Below the pieces are notes generated by a model that did not search any database, was not told where the DNA came from, and saw only the letters and a list, made by a program, of their open reading frames with translations. The translations under genes and the position numbers were made by a program. Positions 38,641-52,742 of a stretch of 64,000 nt of DNA are shown here, in pieces. Source of the DNA: Pristiophorus japonicus (Eukaryota); the NCBI RefSeq assembly GCF_044704955.1, contig NC_091987.1, positions 80,910,001 through 80,974,000 of the forward strand. Reading direction: 5' to 3'. How positions within the stretch are numbered: position 1 is the stretch's first letter; each line of letters opens with the position of its first letter.

Positions 38641-40825
38641 AATTGTTTCCAGTGACTGATGGGTAAATAACCAAAGGGCACAGATTTAAGGTGATTGCCA
38701 AAAGAACCAAAGGTGACATAAGGAAAAACTGTTTTATGTAATGAGTGGTTAGGATTTAGAATGCACTGCCTGATAGGGTGTGGATACAGATTCATTAGTA
38801 GCCTTCAAAGGGGAATTGGATAAATACGTGAAGGAGAAAACATTTCAGGTCTATGGGGAAGAGCGGGGGAGTGGGACCAGCTGGATTGCGGATCAGCTAT
38901 CACCGCCCCTCTCCGCATCTCCCTTCAGAATGTTTGTTCACTTGTGAACAAGGCCCATGCCATCCAGGAGCTTATTGTGGATAATTGCATCAACATCATG
39001 GCCTTGATGGAAACCTGGCTGAGGGGTGATGACACCTTCCTGTTAATGAAGCCTCCCTACCTGGCTAAACCCACCACTATTGGCCCCGCCCAAATCACCG
39101 CAGTGATGGTGTAGCCCTTATCACCAAATCACACCTTGGTCTGTCGCCCTACTCATCTAACACTTTCTCCTCCTCTGAGCATCTTACCTTGTTCCACCCC
39201 TCTCATGCCTCATTTAAAATCCTCGATCACATCTGCCCACCCCAGTGCCACACCGAGTTTCTCACAAAGATATCTTCACTGCTTTCCTTCCTCAGCCTCT
39301 GCACCGAGCAACTTCTCATCTTCAGTGATTTCAATCTCCATCTGAATTCATCATGCTCTCTCTCCTATGAGTTCATTGCTCTCCGATCATGCCTAATCAC
39401 TCCCTCCATATAAACTCCTCTACCCATATTCTCGACCACTCTCTTGTCTTCACCATCTCACATGGCCTCACTATTCCCATCGTGTCCATCACAGATAAGG
39501 CCATCTGTGATATCCTTGAATCCCTCACCAATCACAACTCCCTTCCCCCACCCAATCCACTTCCTGTTGCGTCTGCCCCCAGAAAAAAACCTCCCCCGAG
39601 TCACGTACAACGGCACTTTCAAATTCCCAACTGTCCAGCCTTTGGCCCTCCTTTCACCAAGGCATTTCTGCAGCTGCTCAATCACACCCTCACCTCCACC
39701 TTTCATGCCCTTGTCCCCATTAAAACCATCACTCTCTCTCTCACATGGTCTTTCCCCCTGGTATGGCCCTCATCTCCACTCCCTGAAGTCCAAAGCAGTC
39801 TGTAGGGACAACTGAGTTAACCATTCATCACCTGATCTGGCTGGACCACATAAAACATGATCATTCCTGCTCTGTTCTGCAAAATCTGCTCACTAGTTCA
39901 GGAACATCCTAGAATGCAAATATAACCCCTAGCTTTTCTTCTCCACTACAAACCGTCTTCTTAAACCCCTCGCCCCTCCTGCCTCCCCCCTCCCCTCACT
40001 CCAACAAGTATGAGGAGCTCATGGACTTCTTTGCCACTAAGATTGAGACCATCTATTCAGCTGCTTCCCTCCCTTCCCCTAGCCCACCAGGCCAAACTTC
40101 TCAGAAGGTTTCCCCTGCCCTAGCCCAGAACTCGCATCTTCCTCTGGTTTCTCTCCTATCTCCCCTCATGCCCTTTCAGAGCTCATCTTGTCCAAGAGAC
40201 CCATCTCCTGATCCCTCGAACCTATCCCAACCAAACCACTGAACAACCAACTTCCCTTCCTGGACCCCATGTTAGCTGATAGTGTAAATGGGTTCCCTGT
40301 CCTCAGGCACTGTCCCCCTCCCGTTTAAATTTGCCATCATCACCCTCTTCTCAAAAACTCACCCTTAACCCCTCTGTCCTTGCAAACTCCCCATCTCCTA
40401 CCTGCCCTTCCTCTCCAAAGTCCTTGAACGTGTTATTACTTCCCAAATCCGTGCCCATCTTACCTGCAATTCTGTTTGAATCCCTCCAATCAGGTTTCCA
40501 CTCTTGCCACGGTACCAAAATGATTCTTATCAAAGTCACAAATTACATCCTGTGTGACTGTGACCATGGTGACCTACCCCTCCTCATCCTTCTCAACATT
40601 GACACAGCTGACCACGCCAACCTCCTCCAATGCCTCCCCTCTGTCATCCAACTGGGTGTGAATGCCCTTGTCTGGTTTAATTCTTATCTATCCAGTTGTA
40701 GTCAGAGAATCACCTGCAATGGCTTCTTTTCCTGCTCCCGCACTGTTACCTCTGGTTTCCCCCAAGGATCTGTCCTATTTATCATCTACATGCTGTACCT
40801 TTGTAACATCATCCGAAAACACAAA

Positions 40826-41506
40826 GGTGCCGAAATTGCCCTTCCCGATAAGGTGGCGGCCATGGAGCGGTGCAGAATGGCTGCCGACTCTCCGCGCAGG
40901 GGCCGCCATTTTGTAAATTGCCCTTGGTGAGTTTTGGAGCGGTGCCCAGGAGCACTCCGCCCGTTTTCCTGCTGCGGTATGCTCAAGCTGAGCCCTTAGC
41001 GACTGGCGGGGACCCCCTCGCAAAATTGTCACACGGGACATGGACCCTTTCCCGGCATTGTTCACGGGACCAGCCCCGCCACCAATCGGTGCCCCCAACA
41101 GCTTTTGTGTCGGTGCACTCTCCGTAGCATGATAGCTCGGCCACCTTAAAGGGGAGGGCGCACCGCCACAGCCGCCATGTTGTTATTTTTTGTTGGCCAA
41201 CAATTATGCCCTGGGCCAACAGGCAGCCTGGTTCCCCCTCTTGGGTGCCATGCTGCTGGCCCAGCCGAAACCCTCCCTGGTGTCCCAGTGAACCTAACCA
41301 AAAAGTATGCAGAGCTCACCGTGGCTCTCCTCTTTAACTGAAGGGGAGAGACGTTGTGACACGTCAGCGCGGTGCTGATGACTGGTCGGGGTGGCCGACT
41401 CGCTGCAAGGCCATTTCCGCCTCCATGACTTCCGCCCTGCAGTGGGGAAAACCGTTAAAAAAACGGAGGATGCGCCCCGTTTCGGGCGGAGGTCAATTTC
41501 TACCCC
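40826..41506. mobile_element. GC-rich MITE inserted in L2 RT
   Basis: Imperfect TIRs GGTGCCGAAATTG...CAATTTCTACCCC; the L2 sequence resumes after it. Confidence 0.7.
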
Positions 41507-41787
41507 AATGTCAGGTTTAACATGCATGCTGACCATCCCCAAGCTCTACTGCACCACCACCTCTCTTGACCATTCCACTTTCTCTGATTTGTCACATGCT
41601 TGTCCAACATCCAGTACTGGGTGAGTAGAAATTTCTTCCAACTAAATATTGGGAAGACTGAAATGATTGTCTTCATTCCCCACCACAAACTCCATTCACT
41701 AGCCACTAACTCCATGCCTCTCCTTGGCAACTGTCTAGGCTGAACCAGACCGTTCACAAGCTTGGGGTTGCATTTGATTCTGAGATA

Positions 41788-42835
41788 TGTAAGAATTCGG
41801 TGAAAACATACTTTTGGACTTTGAATTTTGGACATTGCTTGGACACATTTTCTGTTACTGCAGAAAGACAGACAGCTGACGTGGGACAGGTCCAAAAATG
41901 TCCCACAGGAATACACATCAGGTGGGCAGGAATAGATGTTTGATGGATGGGACCCTTTGTCTTGCAATCAGTGAGAGATCAACAAGATTGGTCGGTGCTG
42001 AGGACACAAACCAGCCAGATTAGTCGGAGCCTTATCAAGGAAATAGCCAGTATCAAAGGAACACTCCGAAGACATGATTTTTGCTCTTTCAGTTGCACTG
42101 CCTCAGGAGAAGAACAGTTGAACTTTTGACGTGAGAAGAAGCATTTTGTAGGTATAAGAGTGGCAGTTTGCAGCCATCTCTCGCTCTCTCCCCCCTCTTC
42201 TATGCCGGCTTGCATCGTTCAACACACAAGGGCTGAGCACTCTGTCTGGGACGGAGAGAAGAAACACCATCTATGAGCAAAGAGAGCCTTGCCACTTCAA
42301 CTGGGAGGCTGACCTTGAGACCGGACTTGAATACCAGTTTGGTACAAAACCAGAAGATATGCTTCATCAGGAGACACAGCGAGTAAGCCAGAGGGGTCAT
42401 TGGTGAGCATTTTTCCCAGCTCACACATCTTTAAGACCACCGCATAGTATGAAAGTGTGTCATGTGTCCCAACCAAGCCTTAGGGGTTTGAGTGGGGAGG
42501 TTTTAGCACGGATCGTAAGCGTACGCTCAATTTTGTTGGACAGGTTCAGAGGTGCACCTTTGAATCCGAGCAGGGGTGTTTTAGACGTGGGTAATTCATG
42601 TTAGGGACGTTCAGCTGGGCCACGGTTGTGTTTATACTGTGTTTGTTTGTTTTACACCACCGGGTGTGTTTTTACTGGGTGCAGGTGTGTGCTTTAACTT
42701 GAATAAAAGCATTGTGACAGTTGAGACCGAAGGATCTGGCTGTAACTGCGTATTACTGTTCACCTCTATGATTCCGGTGTCTAGAACTGTTATAAGGGGG
42801 GTGATTAGAAACTACCAAGGGCAAAACCACTTACA
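41788..42835 (+). mobile_element. About 1.05-kb solo LTR inserted in L2
   Basis: TGTAAG...CTTACA termini, 4-bp TSD GATA/GATG, AATAAA near 42702; L2 is contiguous across the insertion. Confidence 0.78.
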
Positions 42836-43883
42836 GATGAGCTTCGACCATATTCTCTCCATCACCAAGTCTGCATATTCTACCTCCGTAACATCGCCCG
42901 ACTCCGCCCCTGCCTCAGCTCACGTGCCGCTGAAACCCCCATCTAGCCTTTATTACCTCTAATCTTGACTATTCCAATGCTCTTCTGGCCGGCCTCTCAT
43001 CTTCTACCCTCCATAAACATGACCTTGTCCAAAACTCTGTTACCCGTATCCTAACTCATACCAAGTCCTGTTCACACATCACCCCTGTGCTCGCTGACCT
43101 ACATTGGCTCCTGGTCTGGCAACATTTCAATTATAAAATTCTCAGCTTTGTTTTCAACTTCCTTCAGATCATCGCCCCTCCCTATCTCTGTAGCCAGCTC
43201 TTTAACTAAGCTTTTGGTCACCTGTCCTAATATCTCCCTACATGGTTCGGTGCCCAATTTTGTTTGATAACGCACCTGTGAAGTGTCTTGGGACGTTTTA
43301 CTACATTATAGTGGTTATATAAATGCAAGTTGTTGTTGTTGGTGAACATCTCTGTCCTCAATATTATTTTTCATTAAGGAACATTTGGCTACTGAATGGT
43401 AGATTGTTTACTAGCTGTGGCTCTGGCTTCATTCAATAAACATCCTTCCGCCTCTCACTGCACCGACGTTATCTCACTTACCACCTCATATTGTGTGTCC
43501 TTTTCAGAATCAGATATGAAATATGCCAGTTTAAAGGTCACAGACTAATGTGGCTTTATTTTGCGCCTGTCTGTGTATTGCTGATCAACCGAGAGGAAAG
43601 TAGCAGAGAGGGGAGCTACAAAGCCGGAGGGGGGAGTAAAAAGGCTGCAGAAAGAGGTGCAGTGGAGGGGCAGCAGCAGATGGGGGAGCTGCAGAGAGAT
43701 GCAACTTCAGGAGGCACTGTCTGCGACACAGCGTGTACAGGCAGAAGCTGAGTTTCTTTTACATGCCGGACAAGTGCCTCAGGAGGCTCAGGTTGTCCTG
43801 TCAGGTGGTGGCAGACATCTGCAGCCTCCTAGAAGAAGATATGCTTCCTGCTGGACCTGGTGGCCACGCGCCCTCAACTTATT

Positions 43884-44631
43884 GGCCCTGCAATTCCGGT
43901 CAGAGGCTTCCTTCGGACGAATGCCTCCGACCTGAAATTTTTTTGCGAAAGTACCTGGTGGTCCCGGAACCGCCTTCGATTCTGGTCTTCTTTTCCCGCG
44001 CATCGCAGCGTGCCCACGTCTTCGAGGTACGGATGGAGAAGCTGGAGTCACGTGGGCCTGGACAACCAATCATGGTACAGTATTCTCATTGATAATAATG
44101 GGAACTCCGTACCTCCGAGTTCCTATTAACGTCAATGAGAATAAACCCCTAAAAATCCCAAACACAACATAAAAAATAAAAAAACACTTCACATGTTTAA
44201 AATTAATTGAAATTAAAGTTAATTAATGTTTTAGAAAAAATATATATTTTTTGAGTTTTTTTAATGTGTTTTAATTAGGGTTTAAAATAAACCTACCTTA
44301 ATTGCACTGACTCTAAAAATGTGTGTGTTTAACTTTAATTGTTATGTGTTTTAAAACTCTTACGCTGGGAAAAGTAGCTATGCACCTGCTTTTACCAGGC
44401 GTAAAAGTTTTAAGGACATTCGCTGGGCAAGAGATTGGCAAATAACCCAAACTCTCCCGCACGAATGTCCTTCCAGTGGGGATGCAGAAGATTTGTCAAG
44501 AGATATCTTGACAGATCGGAAAAGCCGGTTTTCGGCGCATACGCATTGAACGCTGGCAACCAGCTTTTGCGAGGCTTTGCCGGGTCCATACGTATTCCGT
44601 ACAGACCCGGCAAGGCCGGGATTTCAGGCCC
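43884..44631. mobile_element. MITE, same family as 3025-3729, in opposite orientation
   Basis: TIRs GGCCCTGCAATTCCGG...CCGGGATTTCAGGCCC; internal similarity to the reverse complement of 3025-3729. Confidence 0.72.
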
Positions 44632-44686
44632 ATTGTCTCTGGATCCTTCTAGGGCTCTGAAGAAGAGTTATCCAAGATGTCCCAGT

Positions 44687-47122
44687 TAGAAACATAGAAA
44701 CATAGAAAATAGGTGCAGGAGTAGGCCATTCGGCCCTTCTAGCCTGCACCGCCATTCAATGAGTTTATGGCTGAACATGCAACTTCAGTACCCCATTCCT
44801 GCTTTCTCACCGTACCCCTTGATTCCCCTAGTAGTAAGGACTTCATCTAACTCCTTTTTGAATATATTTAGTGAATTGGCCTCAACAACTTTCTGTGGTA
44901 GAGAATTCCACAGGTTCACCACTCTCTGGGTGAAGAAATTCCTCCTCATCTCGGTCCTAAATGGCTTCCCCCTTATCCATAGAATGTGTCCCCTGGTTCT
45001 GGACTTCCCCAACATTGGGAACATTCTTCCTGCATCTAACCTGTCTAACCCCGTCAGAATTTTAAACGTTTCTATGAGGTCCCCTCTCATTCTTCTGAAC
45101 TCCAGTGAATACAAGCCCAGTTGATCCAGTCTTTCTTGATAGGTCAGTCCCGCCATCCCGGGAATCAGTCTGGTGAACCTTCGCTGCACTCCCTCAATAG
45201 CAAGAATGTCCTTCCTCAGGTTAGGAGACCAAAACTGTACACAATACTCCAGGTGTGGCCTCACCAAGGCCCTGTACAATTGTAGCAACACCTCCCTGCC
45301 CTTGTACTCAAATCCCCTCGCTATGAAGGCCAACATGCCATTTGTTTTCTTAACCGCCTGCTGTACCTGCATGCCAACCTTCAATGACTGATGTACCATG
45401 ACACCCAGGTCTCTTTGCACCTCCCCTTTTCCTAATCTGTCACCATTCAGATAATAGTCTGTCTCTCTGTTTTTACCACCAAAGTGGATAACCTCACATT
45501 TATCCACATTATACTTCATCTGCCATGCATTTGCCCACTCACCTAACCTATCCAAGTCGCTCTGCAGCCTCATAGAATCCTCCTTGCAGCTCACACTGCC
45601 ACCCAACTTAGTGTCATCCGCAAATTTGGAGATACTACATTTAATCCCCTCATCTAAATCATTAATGTACAGTGTAAACAGCTGGGGTCCCAGCACAGAA
45701 CCTTGCGGTACCCCACTAGTCACTGCTTGTCATTCTGAAAAGTCCCCGTTTACTCCGACTCTTTGCTTCCTGTCTGACAACCAGTTCTCAATCCATGTCA
45801 GCACACTACCCCCAATCCCATGTGCTTTAACTTTGCACATTAATCTCTTGTGTGGGACCTTGTCGAAAGCCTTCTGAAAGTCCAAATATACCACATCAAC
45901 TGGTTCTCCCTTGTCCACTCTACTGGAAACATCCTCAAAAAATTCCAGAGGATTTGTCAAGCATGATTTCCCTTTCACAAATCCATGCTGACTTGGATCT
46001 ATCATATTACCTCTTTCCAAATGCACTGCTATGACATCCTTAATAATTGATTCCATCATTTTACCCACTACCGATGTCAGGCTGACCGGTCTGTAATTCC
46101 CTGTTTTCTCTCTCCCTCCTTTTTTAAAAAGTGGGGTTACATTGGCTACCCTCCACTCCATAGGAACTGATCCAGAGTCAATGGAATGTTGGAAAATGAC
46201 TGTCAATGCATCCACTATTTCCAAGGCCACCTCCTTAAGTACTCTGGGATGCAGTCCATCAGGCCCTGGGGATTTATCGGCCTTCAATCCCATCAATTTC
46301 CCCAACACAATTTCCTGACTAATAAGGATTTCCCTCAGTTCCTCCTCCTTACTAGACCCTCCGACCCCCTTTATATCCGGAAGGTTGTTTGTGTCCTCCT
46401 CAGTGAATACCGAACCAAAGTACTTGTTCAATTGGTCCGCCATTTCTTTGTTCCCCGTTATGACTTCCCCTGATTCTGACTGCAGGGGACCTACGTTTGT
46501 CTTTACTAACCTTTTTCTCTTTACATATCTATAGAAACTTTTGCAATCTGTCTTAATGTTCCCTGCAAGCTTCTTCTCGTACTCCATTTTCCCTGCCCTA
46601 ATCAAACCCTTTGTCCTCCTCTGCTGAGTTCTAAATTTCTCCCAGTCCCCGGGTTCGCTGCTATTTCTAGCCAATTTGTATGCCACTTCCTTGGCTTTAA
46701 TGCTATCCCTGATTTCCCTTGATAGCCACGGTTGAGCCACCTTCCCTTTTTTATTTTTACGACAGACAGGAATGTACAATTGTTGTAGTTCATCCATGCG
46801 GTCTCTAAATGTCTGCCATTGCCCATCCACAGTCAACCCCTTCAGTATCATTCACCAATCTATCCTAGCCAATTCACGCCTCATACCTTCAAAGTTACCC
46901 TTCTTTAAGTTCTGGACCATGGTCTCTGAATTAACTGTTTCATTCTCCATCCTAATGCAGAATTCCACCATATTATGGTCACTCTTCCCCAAGGGGCCTC
47001 GCAGAACGAGATTGCTAATTAATCCTCTCTCATTACACAACACCCAGTCTAAGATGGCCTCCCCCCTAGTTGGTTCCTCGACATATTGGTCTAAAAAACC
47101 ATCCCTTATGCACTCCACAAAT
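44687..47122 (-). mobile_element. CR1 LINE, 5'-truncated, well preserved
   Basis: Same-frame ORFs of 373 and 312 aa separated by one stop; (TTTCTATG)n tail. Confidence 0.96.
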
Positions 47123-47661
47123 GCGGCCCACAAATGCAAAAGACGTCTGACATCTTTGGACCTGCAAGCAGACCTAAGGGGTAGCTGCTCGGAGACAATT
47201 GATACCCAAATCAAAGTTGGCTGAGGACACCTTTCAGAAACCCAAACAATGAAGCCCAGCAGTGCTACAATGAATGTCATATGACCACCAGATGTGTGAT
47301 CGAACAAGCCATCGGCAGGCTGAAGATGCGCTTCAGGTGCCTAGACACATCCAGACAGCCCCTCAGTACGCACCATCCAGGGTGTCCAGAATGATTGTGG
47401 TGTGCTGCACTCTGCACAACATTGCAAACAAGTTTTGGATCTACAGGAGAAACAAGGCGAAGAACTCAGATTGTCTTCAGAGGATTCCGAGGAGGAAGGG
47501 GAGGAGGAGGAAGATGATGATGCGGAAGATAATGAGGGCAATGCACCACCAGCTGCTCACATTGCTGCCTGGGATGCCAGGGATGCCCTTATTAATGCAA
47601 TGTTGCACCAGTGACCGATGTCACAAGCACATGCAATGGCCACTATTCCCGACCTCTCTAT

Positions 47662-47845
47662 ACTAAATATATTCAAAAAGGAGTTAGATGTAGTCCTTAC
47701 TACTAGGGGGAATCAGGGGTATGGCGAGAAAGCAGGAATGAGGTACTGAAGTTGCATGTTCAGCCATGAACTCATTGAATGGCGGTGCAGGCTCGAAGGG
47801 CCGAATGGCCTACTCCTGCACCTATTTTCTATGTTTCGATGTTTC
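47662..47845 (+). mobile_element. Short CR1 3' fragment
   Basis: IFKKELD...GIRGYGEKAG and tail, near-identical to the reverse complement of 44690-44870. Confidence 0.85.
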
Positions 47846-48728
47846 TTCCCCTGATGCCACTGACACAAAGCAGTCCTTCAAACAACCAACAACCTATATT
47901 TATATAGTGCCTTTAACGTAATAAAACATCCCAAGGAGCTTCACAGGAGTGTTATTAAAAAAAATTGACATTGTGCCATATAAAAGAAAGAATGACTTGG
48001 ATTTATATAGCACCTTTCATGATCATTGGATGCCGCAAAACACTTTACAGTCAATGAAATACTTTTGGAGTGTAGTCACTGTTGTAATGAAGGTAACGTG
48101 GCAGCCAATTTGCACACAAGCAAGCTCCCACAAACAGCAATGTGATAATGACCAGCTAATCTGTTTTTTTGTTATGTTGATTGAAGGATAAATATTGACC
48201 AGGACACCGGAGATAACTCCCCACTCTTCATGTTCGAGCAGATGATCAAAAGCTTGGTCGAACTGGTAGGTTTTAAGGAGCATCTTAAAGGAGAAAAGAG
48301 AAGTGAAGAAGTGGAGAAATCTAGGGTGGGAGTTCCAGAGCTTAGGACCTAGGCAGCTGAAGGCACGACCACCAATGGTGGAGCATTTAAAATCGGGGAT
48401 GTTCAGAAGTCCAGAATAGGCAGAGGGCAGACATCTAGCAGATTATAGGGCTGGAAAATATTACAGAGATGCGAAGGGGTGAGGCCTTGGAGGGATTTGA
48501 AAACAAGGAGGAGAATTTTAAAAGCGAGGCGTTACTTAACTTGGAGCCAATGTAGATCAGCAAGCACAGGGGAGATGGGTGAGTGGGACTTGGTGCGAGT
48601 TAGTACACGGGCAGCAGAGTTTTGGATAACCTCAAGTATATGAGGCGTGGAACTAGCATGGTCAGTCAGGAGTGCGTTAGAAGAGTCAAGTCTCGAGGTG
48701 ATAGATGCATGGATGAGGGTTTTGACAG

Positions 48729-50237
48729 TGTTGTTTATGCATGCCTGTTTGCTGTGTGATGTCTGTAACACTGTTATGCAACACTGAATGTACCCTTACA
48801 CTGTACACACCTTACCTGTACACCAGAGGATGCTGCTGCTGGAGACCTAAGGGTTACCTGCACACCGCAGGTAACCCAGTATATAAAGGAGTCACAGCTT
48901 GCTGTCCTCACTCGAGGAGCTGCAAATAAAGGACTATAAGTCTACACAGTTTAAGTACCATACACTGCCTCGTGGAGTCATTATTAAAGGTGCCTACATA
49001 CACTACAACTGGCGACGAGGATACGAGGCCACGAACCACATGCTCAGCATGTCGAATCTCAGCATGTTTCAGCAATTTACCAATGGGGAAGATTGGGACA
49101 CTTAAGGAGACTGGCTGCACCGTGCGACTTTGGCGATCACCTAAATGAAGCACTCAGGGACTCTAAATCGACGAGAGCAGTGCACCGTATGGATACTTTT
49201 AAGGGCAGAAATGCTGCCCCGAGTCCCACAACCCTGAGTCCTCCACATGGGGCAAACCGGGTGGCCCTGTGCTGGCACTGTGGAGGAAACCATAGGGCCC
49301 ACCAGTGCCGCTACAAAGACTATGCATGCAAAGAGAAAGGGCACCTTCAAAGGATGTGCAAAAAAAGATGTACTCACCGCGTCTCAGATGAGTTGGCTGA
49401 TCACCGGGGCTCCGACACAGAGGAAGATGAAATTGCTCAACCACTGGAAGAAGAGTATGGAACTCATACCTGATCCACCGAAAGTTCTCCATGGGCGATG
49501 AAAGTAGACGGTGACGGGGTTCCAGTTACTATGGAGAGCGGCACAGGGGTGAGCCAGTCTACGATGAGCCAAACAACCTTTGAAGAACTTTGGATGAATC
49601 CCGCCAACCGACTACAATGGCATCCTGTCCAAGCGAAGCTGCTCCCAGGCCTCCGGGCTCCAGCAATTGACCTCGAGCATGAATCCATCGCTGCATCCGG
49701 AGATTCCACTGTCCAGTCCGACGGTGTGGCGACAACTCCACAGCACCATGGTGAAATCTCCAGGACTGAGGATCAAAACTCCACTTTCCGGGCCGAGGCA
49801 GCACTCCAAAAGAGGAACATCGATGAAAGAAATGGATTCCCGACGTCCAGGGTTGAACCTGTGGAAGAAAAGAGCACCACAGCCTACCTGCAGGAGAGCC
49901 AGAAGATGGCTGCCGCACCACGAGGGGCAGAACCTGTAATCTAAATGGCCGCGGCCATACCACGAGGGGCAGCGTTGGAGAAGCGTCACGTGGCACTGAG
50001 TGGCCAATCAGATGGGAAGGCTCCCTTAAAGGAGACCGGTAACCAAAGAAATTTAAAGGGACAGTTTCAACTATTTGAGTACAAGGACTTTAAAGCTAAA
50101 GATGCAATTAAAGGGTGCAAGTACGAAAGTGTGTGCAATGTAACCATGAATTGTGATGCTGGTTTAACTAATGTGACTAATGAGATGAATGCAGTGTCAG
50201 TTCTGCCTCATTTCTAAAGGTGCTTACATACATTACA
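48729..50237 (+). mobile_element. Internally deleted Gypsy element
   Basis: 5' LTR 48729-49007, PBS TGGCGACGAGGAT, gag knuckles, only the last ~23 bp of the 3' LTR remain, TSD GACAG/GGCAG. Confidence 0.8.
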
Positions 50238-50608
50238 GGCAGCAGATAAGTTGAGGTGATGGGCGATATTGCGAAGATGGAAACAGGCAGTGTTAGTGAT
50301 AGGATGGATATGAGATAGGAAGCTCAATTCATGATCAACTGTGACACCAAGGTTACGAACAGACTTGGTCAGCCTTATACAGTTGCTGGGGAGAGAGAGC
50401 GAATCAGTGGAAAGGGAACGGACTTTATAGCGTGAACTGAAGGCAATGACTTCTGTCTTTGCGATATTTAATTGGAGGAAATTCCTACTCATCCAGTGCC
50501 AGCTATCAAACAAGCAGTCTGATAGTATAGAGATGTGAGGGTTGAGAGTGGTGGAGGAGAGGTAGAGCTGGGTATCATCAGCATACACGTGAAAACTCAC
50601 ATTGTGTT

Positions 50609-52742
50609 AGAAAGATAGAAATTAGGTGCAGGAGCAGGCCATTCGGCCCTTCGAGCCTGCACCGCCATTCAATAAGATCATGGCTGATCATTCAACCTCA
50701 GTACCCCTTTCCTGCTTTCTCTCCATACCCCTTGATCCCTTTGGCTGTAAGGGCTATATCTAACTCCCTTTTGAATATATCTAACGAACTGGCCTCAACA
50801 ACTTTCTGCGATAAAGAATTCCATAGGTTAACCACTCTCTGAGTGAAGAAGTTTCTCCTCATCTCAGTCCTAAATGGCTTAACCCTTATTCTTAGACTGT
50901 GACCCCTGATTCTGAAACTTCCCAGCAACGGGAACATTCTTCCTGCCTCTAACCTGTCCAATCCCGTCACAATTTTATATGTTTCAATGAGATCCCTCTC
51001 ATTCTTCTAAACTCCAGGAATCAATCTGCTGAACCTTCGCTGTACTCCCTCAATAGCAAGAAAATCCTTCCTCAGATTAGGGGACCAAAACTGAACACAA
51101 TATTCCAGGTGTGGCCTCACCAAAGCTCTGTACAACTGCAGTAAGACCTCCCTGCTCCTATACTCAAATTCTCTAGCTATGAAGGCCAACATACCATTTG
51201 CCTTCTTCACCACCTGCTGTACCTGCATGCCAAACTTCAATGACTGATGTACCATGATAACCAGGTCTCATTGCACCTTCCCTTCTCCTAATCTGTCATC
51301 ATTCAGATAATATTCTGTCTTCCTGTTTTTGCCACCAAAGTGGATAACCTCAAATTTTCCACATTATACTGCATCTGTCATGCATTTGCCCACTCACCTA
51401 ACCTGTCCAAGTCACCCTGCTGTCTCTTAGCATCCTCCTCACAGCTCACACCGTCACCCAGCTTAGTGTCATCTTCAAACTTGGAGATATTACATTCAAT
51501 TCCTTCATCTAAATCATTGATGTATATTGTAAATAGCTGGGGTCCCAGCACTGAATCCTGCGGCACCCCACTGGTCACTGCCTGCCATTCTGAAAAGGAC
51601 CCGTTTATCCCGACTCTCTGCTTCCTGTCTGCCAACCAGTTCTCTAGCCACCTCAATACATTACCCCCAATACCATGTGCTTTAATTTTGCACACCAATC
51701 TCTTGTGTGGGACCTTGCTAAAAGCCTTTTGAAAGTCCAAATACACCACATCCACTGGTTCTCCCTTGTCCACTCTACTAGTTACATCCTCAAAAAATTC
51801 TAGACGATTTGTCAAGCTTGATTTCCCTTTCATAAATCCATGCTGACTTGGACCGATCCTGTCACCGCTTTCCAAATGTGCTGCTATTTCATCTTTAATA
51901 ATTGATTCCAACATTTTCCCCACCACCGATGTCAGGCGAACCGGTTTATAATTCCCCGTTTTTAAAAAGTAGTGTTACATTAGCTACCCTCCAGTCCATA
52001 GGAACTGATCCAGAGTCAATAGAATGTTGGAAAATGACCACCAATGCATCCATAATTTCTGGGGCCACTTCCTTAAGTACTCTGGGATACAGCCTATCAG
52101 TCCCTGGGGATTTATCAGCCTTCAATCCCATCAATTTCCCTAACACAATTTCCTGACTAATAAGGATTTGCTTCAGTTCCTTCTTTTCACTAGACCCTCG
52201 AACCCCTACCTTTTGTGCCTTCCTTAGTGAAGACAGATCCAAAGTATTTGTTCAATTGGTCTGCATTCTTTTGGTCCCCGTTATAAATTCACCTGATTCT
52301 GTCTGCACAGGACCTATGTTGGTCTTCACTAATCTTTTTCTCTTCACATATCAAGAGAAGCTTTTGCAGTCAGTTTTTATGTTCCCTGCAAACTTCCTCT
52401 CATGCTTTATTTTCCCCCTCCTAATTAGACCCTTTGTCCTCCTCTGCTGAATTGTAAATTTGTCCCAGTCCTCAGGTTTGCTGCTTTTTCCCACCAATTT
52501 ATATGCCTCTTCCTTGGATTTAACATTATCCCTAATTTCCCTTGTTAGCCACAGTTGAGCCACCTTCCCCTTTTTATTTTACTCCAGACAGGGATGTACA
52601 ATTGTTGAAGTTCATCCATGTGATCTATAAATGTCTGCCATTGCCTATCCACTTGTCAAACCTTTAAGTATCATTTACCAGTCTATCCTAGCCAATTCAT
52701 GTCTCATACCATCGAAGTTACCTTTCCTTAAGTTCAGGACGG
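50609..52742 (-). mobile_element. CR1 LINE inserted in L2, unit B only
   Basis: CR1 RT ORFs; the uninterrupted site ATTGTGT|TGCCGGAT is at positions 4-18. Confidence 0.93.

Larger units (their letters stand above)
38895..43340 (+). mobile_element. L2 LINE, decayed, interrupted by a MITE and a solo LTR
   Basis: ALMETWL, DFNLHLN, FESLQSGF, SGFPQGS, LHWL; tail TATATAAATGCAAG(TTG)n. Confidence 0.88.
43640..47640 (+). mobile_element. Second Harbinger transposase pseudogene, split by a MITE and a CR1
   Basis: CLRRLRLS.QVVADIC.LL at 43733; IEQAIGRLKMRFRCLD and IVVCCTLHNIA at about 47300-47430. Confidence 0.8.
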
